This document shows positions 15,980-23,934 of a DNA stretch of 24,427 bases, one piece after another. The DNA is from a virus (Duplodnaviria; Caudoviricetes): positions 1 to 24,427 of IMG/VR virus record IMGVR_UViG_3300031627_001042; one strand, 5' to 3'. A program made the translations under genes and the position numbers. The stretch's first letter is position 1. Every line of letters begins with the position of its first letter. Below the pieces are notes generated by a model. That model had not been told where the DNA came from. It searched no databases and worked only from the letters and a program-made list of their open reading frames with translations.

Positions 15980-17862
15980 TGGGTTCTAGTAACGGTCAAA
16001 TAAGAAAGCTCACTAGCGGCCTAGTTATGCACTCTAATGAACTTTATAATAAAAGCTATAACGGAGAGCCTACAAAAAATTTAATGCCTATAGCCGAGTC
16101 TAACACCGACTTCAGCGCTAGACTAGGAGGCACTGCTCATGCTTTTTATAGGATATATAAAGACAAAGACCCCAACCAGCAGGGGATGTTTAAATCCTTA
16201 GCTCCGGGAGGAATGAGGCATGACGACGTTGTTTACAAGTATAAATGGATTGGGTCAAGTTATCTTATGGGATTACATACGTTTAGTGGTTCTGACTATA
16301 ATTCTCTTTATTTAGATATAGGTTCAAAATATACTCTTTCTTGCGAAGTATTTGTATCCAAAACTCATTACAGAGCAGACAAAGCATTATGGCCAGTAAT
16401 GTCTATAAAGGCTACGGACCAAGATAAGTCTTATGGTTATTATGATTTTTCCAAAAAAGGGACTTGGCAAATGGTCGAGATATCAATAAAGCCCGGATTA
16501 AAATCTTCTGTTACGGCAACTTCTGGAACTACTGGCTCTTCAGGTAGCGGAGGAACTTCTGGGGCAAGCGGAGTGGTGCAGACTAATCTTCATCATACGG
16601 TCTACTTTTGGCCTCACGAAGGAACTATCTCAAGTACTCAAAAAAATCATGGCTATATTTTATACAAAAATCCGCAGCTAGAAAAAAAAGATCATAGAAC
16701 GCAATTTTCTCGTGGAGTTAGGTCAGCGGTTGATAGCCTAAAAGACCTTAGCGGAAACAAAAATTCCTTAAGTATTGCGCGATCAGGGTTCGATGACAAC
16801 GGGCTGCCTATTTTCTCTGAAGGTAAATACTTTAATCTAGGTCTTACTGCGAGTAAAAGCGGCCACTCATCTACTTTTTCCGTAGGCAGCTCAACTAGGA
16901 AAAGTTATGAATTTTGGACTAAGTTAGATTCAGTTAACGAAGGAATCTCTACCTTATCCTACTCGGATCTAACTAGAGGAGCAAATTTTACGAGCCAAGA
17001 GGGTCTGTCAAGAAAGCAGCATATTTTTGTTAGTCAAGGTAGAGTCCACTGTACTCTATATAATGAATTCGGTTTATCTCAGTCTTCCTTTACTAGGGAT
17101 GTGTGCGTTAACGCGTCAACTATTGTACATATAATAGTATCTATTGATATGAGTTTATTCAATAGGAAGGTTAGGGTTTATGTTAATGGTTATGAAAAAT
17201 CTATTGAAAATGTTTTTTCTCTGCAGCCACCAAGGGACTTATCTGCTGTAACTTACCCTTCGGTTATAGACGGGACTTCTCGATTAGCTGCTAATACTAA
17301 CATAAATTATAAAGTCTCATCATATAATGAGGATGGAGAGTCTGCTTCTTCAGTTAATAGGAAAGTCTTTGTGGTTAGCTCTACAGTTGGGATTCTATTA
17401 AATTGGTTAAATGTGACTAGTGCAAAAAGTTTTTATATATACAAATCTGAGAACACCTTAAATAAATTTAGTAATATTTCTTTACTGGCTAAAATGCCTA
17501 ATCCGTTTTTTGGAGGAGATCCAAGCGCGATGATTACCTTTAAAGATGATGGGAGCGCAGCTTTAGGATCTGGATCGCCAAAATCTGGTTCAGCGTATTC
17601 AAAATACAGTCTAAAAAATACAACATTTTATGACGGCTCCGACTTAAAGTTATCTATAGGAGACTACCCTGTTTCGTATGGAAAGACTGAGGCGACTCAT
17701 TGCGATGGCAAGATTTATAAAATTTCTGTCTATAAAAAAGCCTTATCTTCTTCGGACGCTTTGAGTAGCTATATACAGGGTAGTAAAGATTTTAATTTAA
17801 ATAGCAATGTAGCTGACTATAACTTTTCAGCTTCTGCTGGGGTGTCTACAGGAGGGTATTAA
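15979..17862 (+). CDS. Virion protein with concanavalin/LamG-like domain and Fn3-like insert
   Basis: LamG-like SYEFWTK...HIIVS...VYVNG...LSIG...GKIYKISVYKKALS; Fn3-like PPRDLSA...YKVSSYNEDGES...LNW...FYIYKS...FKDDG. Confidence 0.65.
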   Translation: MGSSNGQIRKLTSGLVMHSNELYNKSYNGEPTKNLMPIAESNTDFSARLGGTAHAFYRIYKDKDPNQQGMFKSLAPGGMRHDDVVYKYKWIGSSYLMGLHTFSGSDYNSLYLDIGSKYTLSCEVFVSKTHYRADKALWPVMSIKATDQDKSYGYYDFSKKGTWQMVEISIKPGLKSSVTATSGTTGSSGSGGTSGASGVVQTNLHHTVYFWPHEGTISSTQKNHGYILYKNPQLEKKDHRTQFSRGVRSAVDSLKDLSGNKNSLSIARSGFDDNGLPIFSEGKYFNLGLTASKSGHSSTFSVGSSTRKSYEFWTKLDSVNEGISTLSYSDLTRGANFTSQEGLSRKQHIFVSQGRVHCTLYNEFGLSQSSFTRDVCVNASTIVHIIVSIDMSLFNRKVRVYVNGYEKSIENVFSLQPPRDLSAVTYPSVIDGTSRLAANTNINYKVSSYNEDGESASSVNRKVFVVSSTVGILLNWLNVTSAKSFYIYKSENTLNKFSNISLLAKMPNPFFGGDPSAMITFKDDGSAALGSGSPKSGSAYSKYSLKNTTFYDGSDLKLSIGDYPVSYGKTEATHCDGKIYKISVYKKALSSSDALSSYIQGSKDFNLNSNVADYNFSASAGVSTGGY

Positions 17863-17863
17863 A

Positions 17864-18688
17864 ATGTCAAGCAAGGTAAATTACGGAAAATATAGAGTGA
17901 ATACAGATGGTCTAGTCTTTAGGGTAGATGGATACAGCCATAGAAGTAGAGAGCATAATTCTGAATATTGGAGAGATTTGACCCCGAGCGGAATAGATGT
18001 CAAACTCGAAAATAGCGGACTGTATGATGAGACAAGCGGTTACTACAAATTCAGGGCAGGCGCGTCTAATAATACTTACGCTGCGGTATCTGGAGATAGC
18101 TTTACTGATTTAACGTCCTTAGGAGTATTCAAAGACAACGATTCTAGCTTTACTATAGAGGCCTTTTTCCAAATCAAAACAGGGAAAAGCACGGAGTCAG
18201 ATGATGGGGCTGTAATTTTCGGCAATACAGACCATAATAAGAGCGGGTACTCTTATGGCTTTGTTGTATCAACAGGAGAGGGAGGGGGCGTTAGTGGCCT
18301 TAACGCTGTGCTGGCTAGCGTTAAAAGCGACGAGGGTACCAATCACCCTTGGACCGGGATAACCGGGGTCTTGTCGGATCCTTCTTCCCCGTCCGTACTG
18401 CCTGATAACTTCTACCATGCAGCAATGACATACAGCGCTTTAGACGGACTCACTGTGAGCTATTTAAATGGCGTAGCAAAGAACTCTGAACAGCTACCAA
18501 ACGATACAGATCTTATGAATGGGTCTGGATTATCGACTCATTATGATCAACTATATATAGGAGGGAATTCTAGCTCCGGCATTAATGTTGACATAGGCAT
18601 GGTTTCAGCTTATAATAGAGCTCTTTCGAGCGGAGAGGTTTTTGGAAACTGCCAGTCCGTAAAACATAGATACGGCGGTGGATATTAG
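17864..18688 (+). CDS. LamG/concanavalin-like virion protein
   Basis: TDGLVFRVDG...WRDL, FTIEAFF, FYHAAMTY, YLNG, LYIGG, YNRALSSGEV: typical phage LamG motif series. Confidence 0.8.
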   Translation: MSSKVNYGKYRVNTDGLVFRVDGYSHRSREHNSEYWRDLTPSGIDVKLENSGLYDETSGYYKFRAGASNNTYAAVSGDSFTDLTSLGVFKDNDSSFTIEAFFQIKTGKSTESDDGAVIFGNTDHNKSGYSYGFVVSTGEGGGVSGLNAVLASVKSDEGTNHPWTGITGVLSDPSSPSVLPDNFYHAAMTYSALDGLTVSYLNGVAKNSEQLPNDTDLMNGSGLSTHYDQLYIGGNSSSGINVDIGMVSAYNRALSSGEVFGNCQSVKHRYGGGY

Positions 18689-18725
18689 TTTTGAGATTCT
18701 CCTTTCTAAGTTTTAAAACTTATAA

Positions 18726-19775
18726 ATGAATGAAGCTCTTTTCTACGAAGAATTAGTTCCACTTTTTAATGAAACCAAGTCTAGAGGGCAATTAACTGCC
18801 AAAGAGGTAATCTTAAAAATAAACGCTTTTTCTTTTGGCGACACCCTTTGTGCCACTCCGGTCTTAAGAAAACTAGCTTCAGCGTACGCTAAAAAGATAG
18901 CCGTATGTTCTTCTAAGCCCTTTCTGTTTAAAAACAACCCTTATGTAGAGTTCCATATTGACCATAAGGACTTTAAGGAGGAATATAATCAGCAATACGA
19001 AGTATTTAATACTTTTAATTCCATAGGTACAGCGGATAAATCGGGGGTAGAGCGCAGGTACTCTGAATTTGACATGAGGAGATGTCATGCCGCAGATTGC
19101 GGCTTGGATCTTATGCCTAAGGAAATGACGTGTGACTACTATCCGGACGCTGTAGAGTTTGAGAAGGCAGATCAAAAGTTCATAAATAATGACAAATACG
19201 TAGCCATCCATATAGCTAAGAATTGGCCCAGCAGGACTTGGGGTAAAAAAAATTATCAAGAGTTAATAAATAACTTAAATAAAGAAGGGCACAAAGTAGC
19301 CTTAATTGGTTTCGATCAGCCGACAGAGCCCGGCAGGTATCAGCACGATAAATCCTGTTACGACTTTAGCGATCTAGAATTTGAAGGTGTTAGTTTTTTA
19401 AATAGAACTAGCTTAGATCAGGACTTTTACATAATAAAGAATGCGGAGGCTTGTATAACCATGAATACTGGTATTGTTCATTTGGCTGGTTGTACGGACA
19501 CTCATATAATATGTATTGGCTCTTCAATTAATCCTTATTGGTATCTCCCTTATAGGAAAGGAATTCAAGAATACAAATTATCTTATATACATGGGAGTTG
19601 TACTGCTTTTTGCGCTTCTGACGCTAAGTGGTCTGTGGTTGAGCATGGCTCTTCCAGTAGTATCCCTCCTCTCCCGGAATGCTTAGAGGGCAGGTCAACT
19701 TTTGAGTGCCATCCTAGTTGGGAAAGAGTATCAGAGTCAACACTAAAGACCCTAAGTAATAATATTTATAAATGA
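18726..19775 (+). CDS. Glycosyltransferase family 9 (heptosyltransferase-like)
   Basis: SFGDTLCATPVLRKL, LFKNNPYV, WPSRTW, ITMNTGIVHLAGC (GT9 DSGxxHLA equivalent), Cys-rich C-terminus. Confidence 0.85.
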   Translation: MNEALFYEELVPLFNETKSRGQLTAKEVILKINAFSFGDTLCATPVLRKLASAYAKKIAVCSSKPFLFKNNPYVEFHIDHKDFKEEYNQQYEVFNTFNSIGTADKSGVERRYSEFDMRRCHAADCGLDLMPKEMTCDYYPDAVEFEKADQKFINNDKYVAIHIAKNWPSRTWGKKNYQELINNLNKEGHKVALIGFDQPTEPGRYQHDKSCYDFSDLEFEGVSFLNRTSLDQDFYIIKNAEACITMNTGIVHLAGCTDTHIICIGSSINPYWYLPYRKGIQEYKLSYIHGSCTAFCASDAKWSVVEHGSSSSIPPLPECLEGRSTFECHPSWERVSESTLKTLSNNIYK

Positions 19776-22700
19776 AAAGAAGGATATTATATGTGCCTAT
19801 GCACTTGTCTACTGGGGGTTCTCCTAGGTGGCTATGCGAGCTAATTAAAGAAAGCATGCTTCAGAACGAGGTCTTTGTTGCTGAGTTTAACAACTATGGA
19901 AACTTTGACATACAGAAAAATGAAATAATAAACTTAATTGGTAAAAAAAGTCATGAATGTATTGGCCCTTGTTTTTCTGATAATTGGAAAGAGGAGAAAA
20001 ATAGACTTTTAAAAATTATAGAAGAGTTTAAGCCTCATGTCATACATTTCAATGAGATTCCTGAAAATTTTGAATATAATGGTTTTCCTGAAGAGTTATT
20101 GGAAAAAATTTATAAGAAAGATAGGGATTATGAAATATTAGAGACTTGTCACTCTAATAATTTCGACTTTAGTAAAAAGAAGCATCATCCAGATGGTTAT
20201 GTGTGCGTATCCGAGTATCACCCGCCTAAAATAAGAGAGCTTTTTCCGGATACCCCTTGCTATATATGGGATTACGACATACCAGAAAAGAAAAGGCCCG
20301 ACAGATCTAAGGCTCTGGTTAAGTTGGGGTTAGATCCGAATAAATTTCATGTTCTGAATGTCGGATTGTTCCATGAAAATAAAAACCAAAAATATATATA
20401 TGATTTGGCAAAAAAAATACTAGGAGAAGAGGTCGAGTTTCATTTCTTAGGCAACGAATGTTATAAAGAAAATTGCGAGATAGACAACCTAGATTCCCCC
20501 AACTGTAAAATATGGGGAGAGAAAGATAATGTAGATGACTTCTACTCTTCAATGGATTTATTTTTGTTTCCTTCGAAAAGAGAGCTCAACCCCCTATGCG
20601 TTAAAGAGGCTTTGTCTTGGGGCATACCTGTTTTCATGAACAAGATAGAGAGCTGCGAGCTGTATAAAAAGTACGAGGATAACAAAAACGTAACGTTCAT
20701 AAACGGAGAAAACACTGAAGAGTACATAAGATCTAAAATAAATAAACCCAAAAAGAAAGAAGGGTTCAGGATAGCTCTGTATACAAGTTTCTTCAACAAC
20801 GCTAAATATATACCCGGGCTATACAAGCAAATAAGCAACCAGACACACCAAGATTGGAAGTGGTTTGTTACGGACGATTTCAGCAAGGACGGCGCTGTTG
20901 AAAAAGAGTTGTTAGGCTTAGCTTCTAGCGATAAGAGAGTGGTGTTTTGTGAGCAAAAAACCAAAAAGGAAATGTTCTGGAACCCACAGCATTTTGTTAC
21001 CGAGGATTGTGATTACCTAGCTTTAGTGGACGCAGACGATGGAATATACCCAAAAGCTTTAGAGTTCTTAAGTCATATGTTGAAAAAAAACCCAGAGGCT
21101 TTTTCTTTTTCAACATGGTTTCATCAATACGATAAGAAGATAGATAGCATAGATAGAATAACAAATTCAGATTTTTCTTATCCCCAAGGAGATTGGCATA
21201 CTTATCTAAATAAACATGAAGAAGACCTGAAAAAAGGAGGCTTTGATTGGGGGTACCTTAGGAGCTTTAGATTCTTTGGGTGCTTAAGAGGGCACAAAAA
21301 TATTAAAGACGTAGAGATAAATATAGATAAGCCAGAAAAATCGGTTTATGAGGATTCGACAAGAATGTCCATACTCCAAAAATATGGCCACTATGTTCTT
21401 TTTCCGAGACCTATGTATAAAGTCCGTAATCATAACGTCTCTCACGCCTCCTCTCATAATATGGATCCAGAAGAACACAGGGTCTCGAAAAGCAACTATC
21501 TCAAAGCCGTAGAAAATGGTAAGATTTATACTCACAATAAAATACTTGACAATTATTACCCTTTCTTTGATGAGCTAAGTGCTTTGAGTTTATCTAACAT
21601 TCATCACGAAAAAGATAGAAAAAATCTATGCCTAATAACAAATAGACCAATAACTAAGCGTCAATCAGACGACATACAGGATCTGTATTTCGATCATGAC
21701 TTTCATGTTAATACTTTTAATGATAAGGTAGACTATTATTTTCTAAATGTTAATAGCTTTAAGGAAGATGAATTAAAAGATATATTTCAAAAATTATATA
21801 ATCTAAATGGGGATTTTGAAATTAACGCTTATTATTTATTAGAGAAAGAGGATAAAAGCTACGCAGACGAAGCTGTAAAGCTTATGAACAGAATTGCTAA
21901 TAAAGAAGGCTTCTCGTGGAATCTTTTTTGTAGAAATTTGATTTTCAAAACAAGAGTACGAAGCAAGCCAAAGGCTTACATTGAAATTGGAAGTTCATGC
22001 TTGGGGGATAATCTAGCTTGGATTCCGTATGTGGAAGAGTTTAGGAAGAAGAATAATTACGAAGTCTACTGTTTTAGTTACCTGCAAGATCTATATGCCC
22101 CCAACTATCCAGAAATTAAATTTCTTAATAGCCCAAAGGGTGCTCCTGAACATAAGTGGGACAAAGTGCATAAGATCGGTTGGTATAAAGATACGCCTAT
22201 AGAAATTAAACAAAAAGAACAACAGAGAGCCGCTTCTCATTACCTGCAACTGGATCATAAAGAAATTAAGCCTAAGGTTTTTGTAGAGAATAAAGAAAGG
22301 GCTGTAGAAGGTAAATATGTTTGTATTGCTGTTCAATCTTCAGCTCAATGCAAGTACTGGAATAACCCTACAGGATGGGACCAAGTAACAGGATACTTGA
22401 ATTCAAAAGGTTATAAAGTGGTTTGTATAGATAAGCATTCTTCTTTTGGAGGGAAAGATAGATTTAATTATATACCAGATGGAGCAATAAATAAAACAGG
22501 AGATTTCCCATTGCAGGAAAGAGCTACAGACTTATATAATTGTGATTTTTTTATAGGGCTTGGCTCGGGTTTATCTTGGCTGGCTTGGGGGTTAAACAAA
22601 GAAGTTGTTTTAATTAGCGGCTTTAGTGATGAGAAAACAGAATTTCATACACCGTATAGGGTCATAAATAAAAATGTCTGTAATTCATGTTGGAATAGGC

Positions 22701-23518
22701 ACGAGTTTGACGCGAATAACTGGAATTGGTGTCCAGATCACGAAGGGACAGATAGAGAATTCGAATGCTCGAAGCAGATAACTTTTGAAATGGTTAAAGA
22801 GCAAATAGACAAAGTCATACTCAAAAGCGAAACCTATAGCTCTAATGGACCTGACTGGTGGAGGGATGTTTATCAGGAAGTCATAGAAAGAAACGTCTAC
22901 CAAATATTTTATCAAGTAGAAAAAGGGGACTATGTCGTAGATTTAGGCTCCTCAAGGGGTCCTTTTTATCACGTTAACAGAGGAAAGGATATAGAGTATT
23001 TAGGAGTAGAAGCTTTCCAAGATAATATAGACGCACTTCTATCTAGCTTAACAGAAGAAGAGAGGCCTAAAGTTAGGGTCTTAAACAAATTTTTTAAAGA
23101 AAATAGTAATAAGGAGCGTATTATAATTAAAGAGGGATCAGAGGTGAGCAATTTCACAGAGTTGAAGAATGTAGAAGTTGATTGTGTAGATTTTGAAGGT
23201 ATTATTAAGGAATCGAAAGGAAGAAAAATAGACTTTTTAAAATTTGACATAGAGGGCGAAGAAATTAAAATGTTTGATAAAAGTTACGAACTCATTTTAT
23301 CTAACGTAAGAAAAATGTCTGGCGAGGTTCATAGTTTGAAGTATAAAGAGTCTGGAGCAATTAAACTAATCAAAAAACTAAGAGATGATCCTAGGGTAGA
23401 ACTAGGGATCAGTTCGATAAATGGAGTAGATATAACAGAAAGTTTTTGGGCTAAGTGCGAAGGAGATCGTCATACTTTTTATACCGAAGTCATAGTCTCA
23501 AGTAAAAATACAATTTAA
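19772..23518 (+). CDS. Multidomain enzyme: GT4 + GT2 + Aah/TibC-type protein O-heptosyltransferase + FkbM-like methyltransferase
   Basis: GT4: HLSTGG, NVGLFHENKNQ, FLFPSKRELNPLCVKEA. GT2 (from ~20765): YTSFFN, FVTDDFSKD, LVDADD. Aah/TibC (~21971-22820): SSCLGDNLAW, YVCIAVQSSAQCKYWNNPTGW, FFIGLGSGLSWLAW, CNSCWN...WCP...FECSKQIT. FkbM: VVDLGSSRG, IDFLKFDIEGEE. Confidence 0.88.
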   Translation: MKRRILYVPMHLSTGGSPRWLCELIKESMLQNEVFVAEFNNYGNFDIQKNEIINLIGKKSHECIGPCFSDNWKEEKNRLLKIIEEFKPHVIHFNEIPENFEYNGFPEELLEKIYKKDRDYEILETCHSNNFDFSKKKHHPDGYVCVSEYHPPKIRELFPDTPCYIWDYDIPEKKRPDRSKALVKLGLDPNKFHVLNVGLFHENKNQKYIYDLAKKILGEEVEFHFLGNECYKENCEIDNLDSPNCKIWGEKDNVDDFYSSMDLFLFPSKRELNPLCVKEALSWGIPVFMNKIESCELYKKYEDNKNVTFINGENTEEYIRSKINKPKKKEGFRIALYTSFFNNAKYIPGLYKQISNQTHQDWKWFVTDDFSKDGAVEKELLGLASSDKRVVFCEQKTKKEMFWNPQHFVTEDCDYLALVDADDGIYPKALEFLSHMLKKNPEAFSFSTWFHQYDKKIDSIDRITNSDFSYPQGDWHTYLNKHEEDLKKGGFDWGYLRSFRFFGCLRGHKNIKDVEINIDKPEKSVYEDSTRMSILQKYGHYVLFPRPMYKVRNHNVSHASSHNMDPEEHRVSKSNYLKAVENGKIYTHNKILDNYYPFFDELSALSLSNIHHEKDRKNLCLITNRPITKRQSDDIQDLYFDHDFHVNTFNDKVDYYFLNVNSFKEDELKDIFQKLYNLNGDFEINAYYLLEKEDKSYADEAVKLMNRIANKEGFSWNLFCRNLIFKTRVRSKPKAYIEIGSSCLGDNLAWIPYVEEFRKKNNYEVYCFSYLQDLYAPNYPEIKFLNSPKGAPEHKWDKVHKIGWYKDTPIEIKQKEQQRAASHYLQLDHKEIKPKVFVENKERAVEGKYVCIAVQSSAQCKYWNNPTGWDQVTGYLNSKGYKVVCIDKHSSFGGKDRFNYIPDGAINKTGDFPLQERATDLYNCDFFIGLGSGLSWLAWGLNKEVVLISGFSDEKTEFHTPYRVINKNVCNSCWNRHEFDANNWNWCPDHEGTDREFECSKQITFEMVKEQIDKVILKSETYSSNGPDWWRDVYQEVIERNVYQIFYQVEKGDYVVDLGSSRGPFYHVNRGKDIEYLGVEAFQDNIDALLSSLTEEERPKVRVLNKFFKENSNKERIIIKEGSEVSNFTELKNVEVDCVDFEGIIKESKGRKIDFLKFDIEGEEIKMFDKSYELILSNVRKMSGEVHSLKYKESGAIKLIKKLRDDPRVELGISSINGVDITESFWAKCEGDRHTFYTEVIVSSKNTI

Positions 23519-23522
23519 AATA

Positions 23523-23912
23523 ATGAAAATAGAAGTATCAAATGGAGAGGTTTTAGATAAGCTATCTATTTTAGAGATAAAATTAGAAAACATACAAGAA
23601 AAGGCTAAGTTAGCTAATGTACAAAAAGAGTATAATGCACTAAAGCAGGCTATAAACAAACCATCTTGGTACGAATATGTATTTAGGAAATACGGCTTTT
23701 ACGAGCAACTAAGAGAGATAAATGAGACATTGTGGGAGATAGAGGACTCCATAAGACTAAAAGAAAAAGCTCAAGAATTTGACTCAACTTTTATACAATT
23801 AGCCCGACAGGTTTATCAAACCAACGATAAAAGAGCAGGAATAAAAAAAGAAATTAGCATCTACACCGACTCAAATGTTTTAGAAGAAAAATCTTATGAA
23901 GATTATGCTTAA
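23523..23912 (+). CDS. DUF6165-like coiled-coil protein
   Basis: VSNGEVLDKLSILEIK...L..INETLWEIEDSIR...FIQLARQVYQTNDKRAGIK..I...S...EEKSY matches this family as recalled; usually found near glycosyltransferases. Confidence 0.75.
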   Translation: MKIEVSNGEVLDKLSILEIKLENIQEKAKLANVQKEYNALKQAINKPSWYEYVFRKYGFYEQLREINETLWEIEDSIRLKEKAQEFDSTFIQLARQVYQTNDKRAGIKKEISIYTDSNVLEEKSYEDYA

Positions 23913-23916
23913 TAAT

Positions 23917-23922
23917 GTGTAA
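23917..23922 (+). promoter_or_regulatory. GTGTAA candidate late-promoter element
   Basis: In the 22-nt gap, 12 nt before ATG 23935. Confidence 0.55.
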
Positions 23923-23934
23923 TTTAGGTAGTAT

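Noticed and set aside
2431-23250. Numerous minus-strand and alternate-frame ORFs in the track (e.g. 5622-6239, 13681-14397, 12397-12774, 14267-14587, 14501-14897, 20542-20964)
   Set aside because: They overlap well-supported + strand genes or terminators and show no recognisable motifs; consistent with shadow ORFs.
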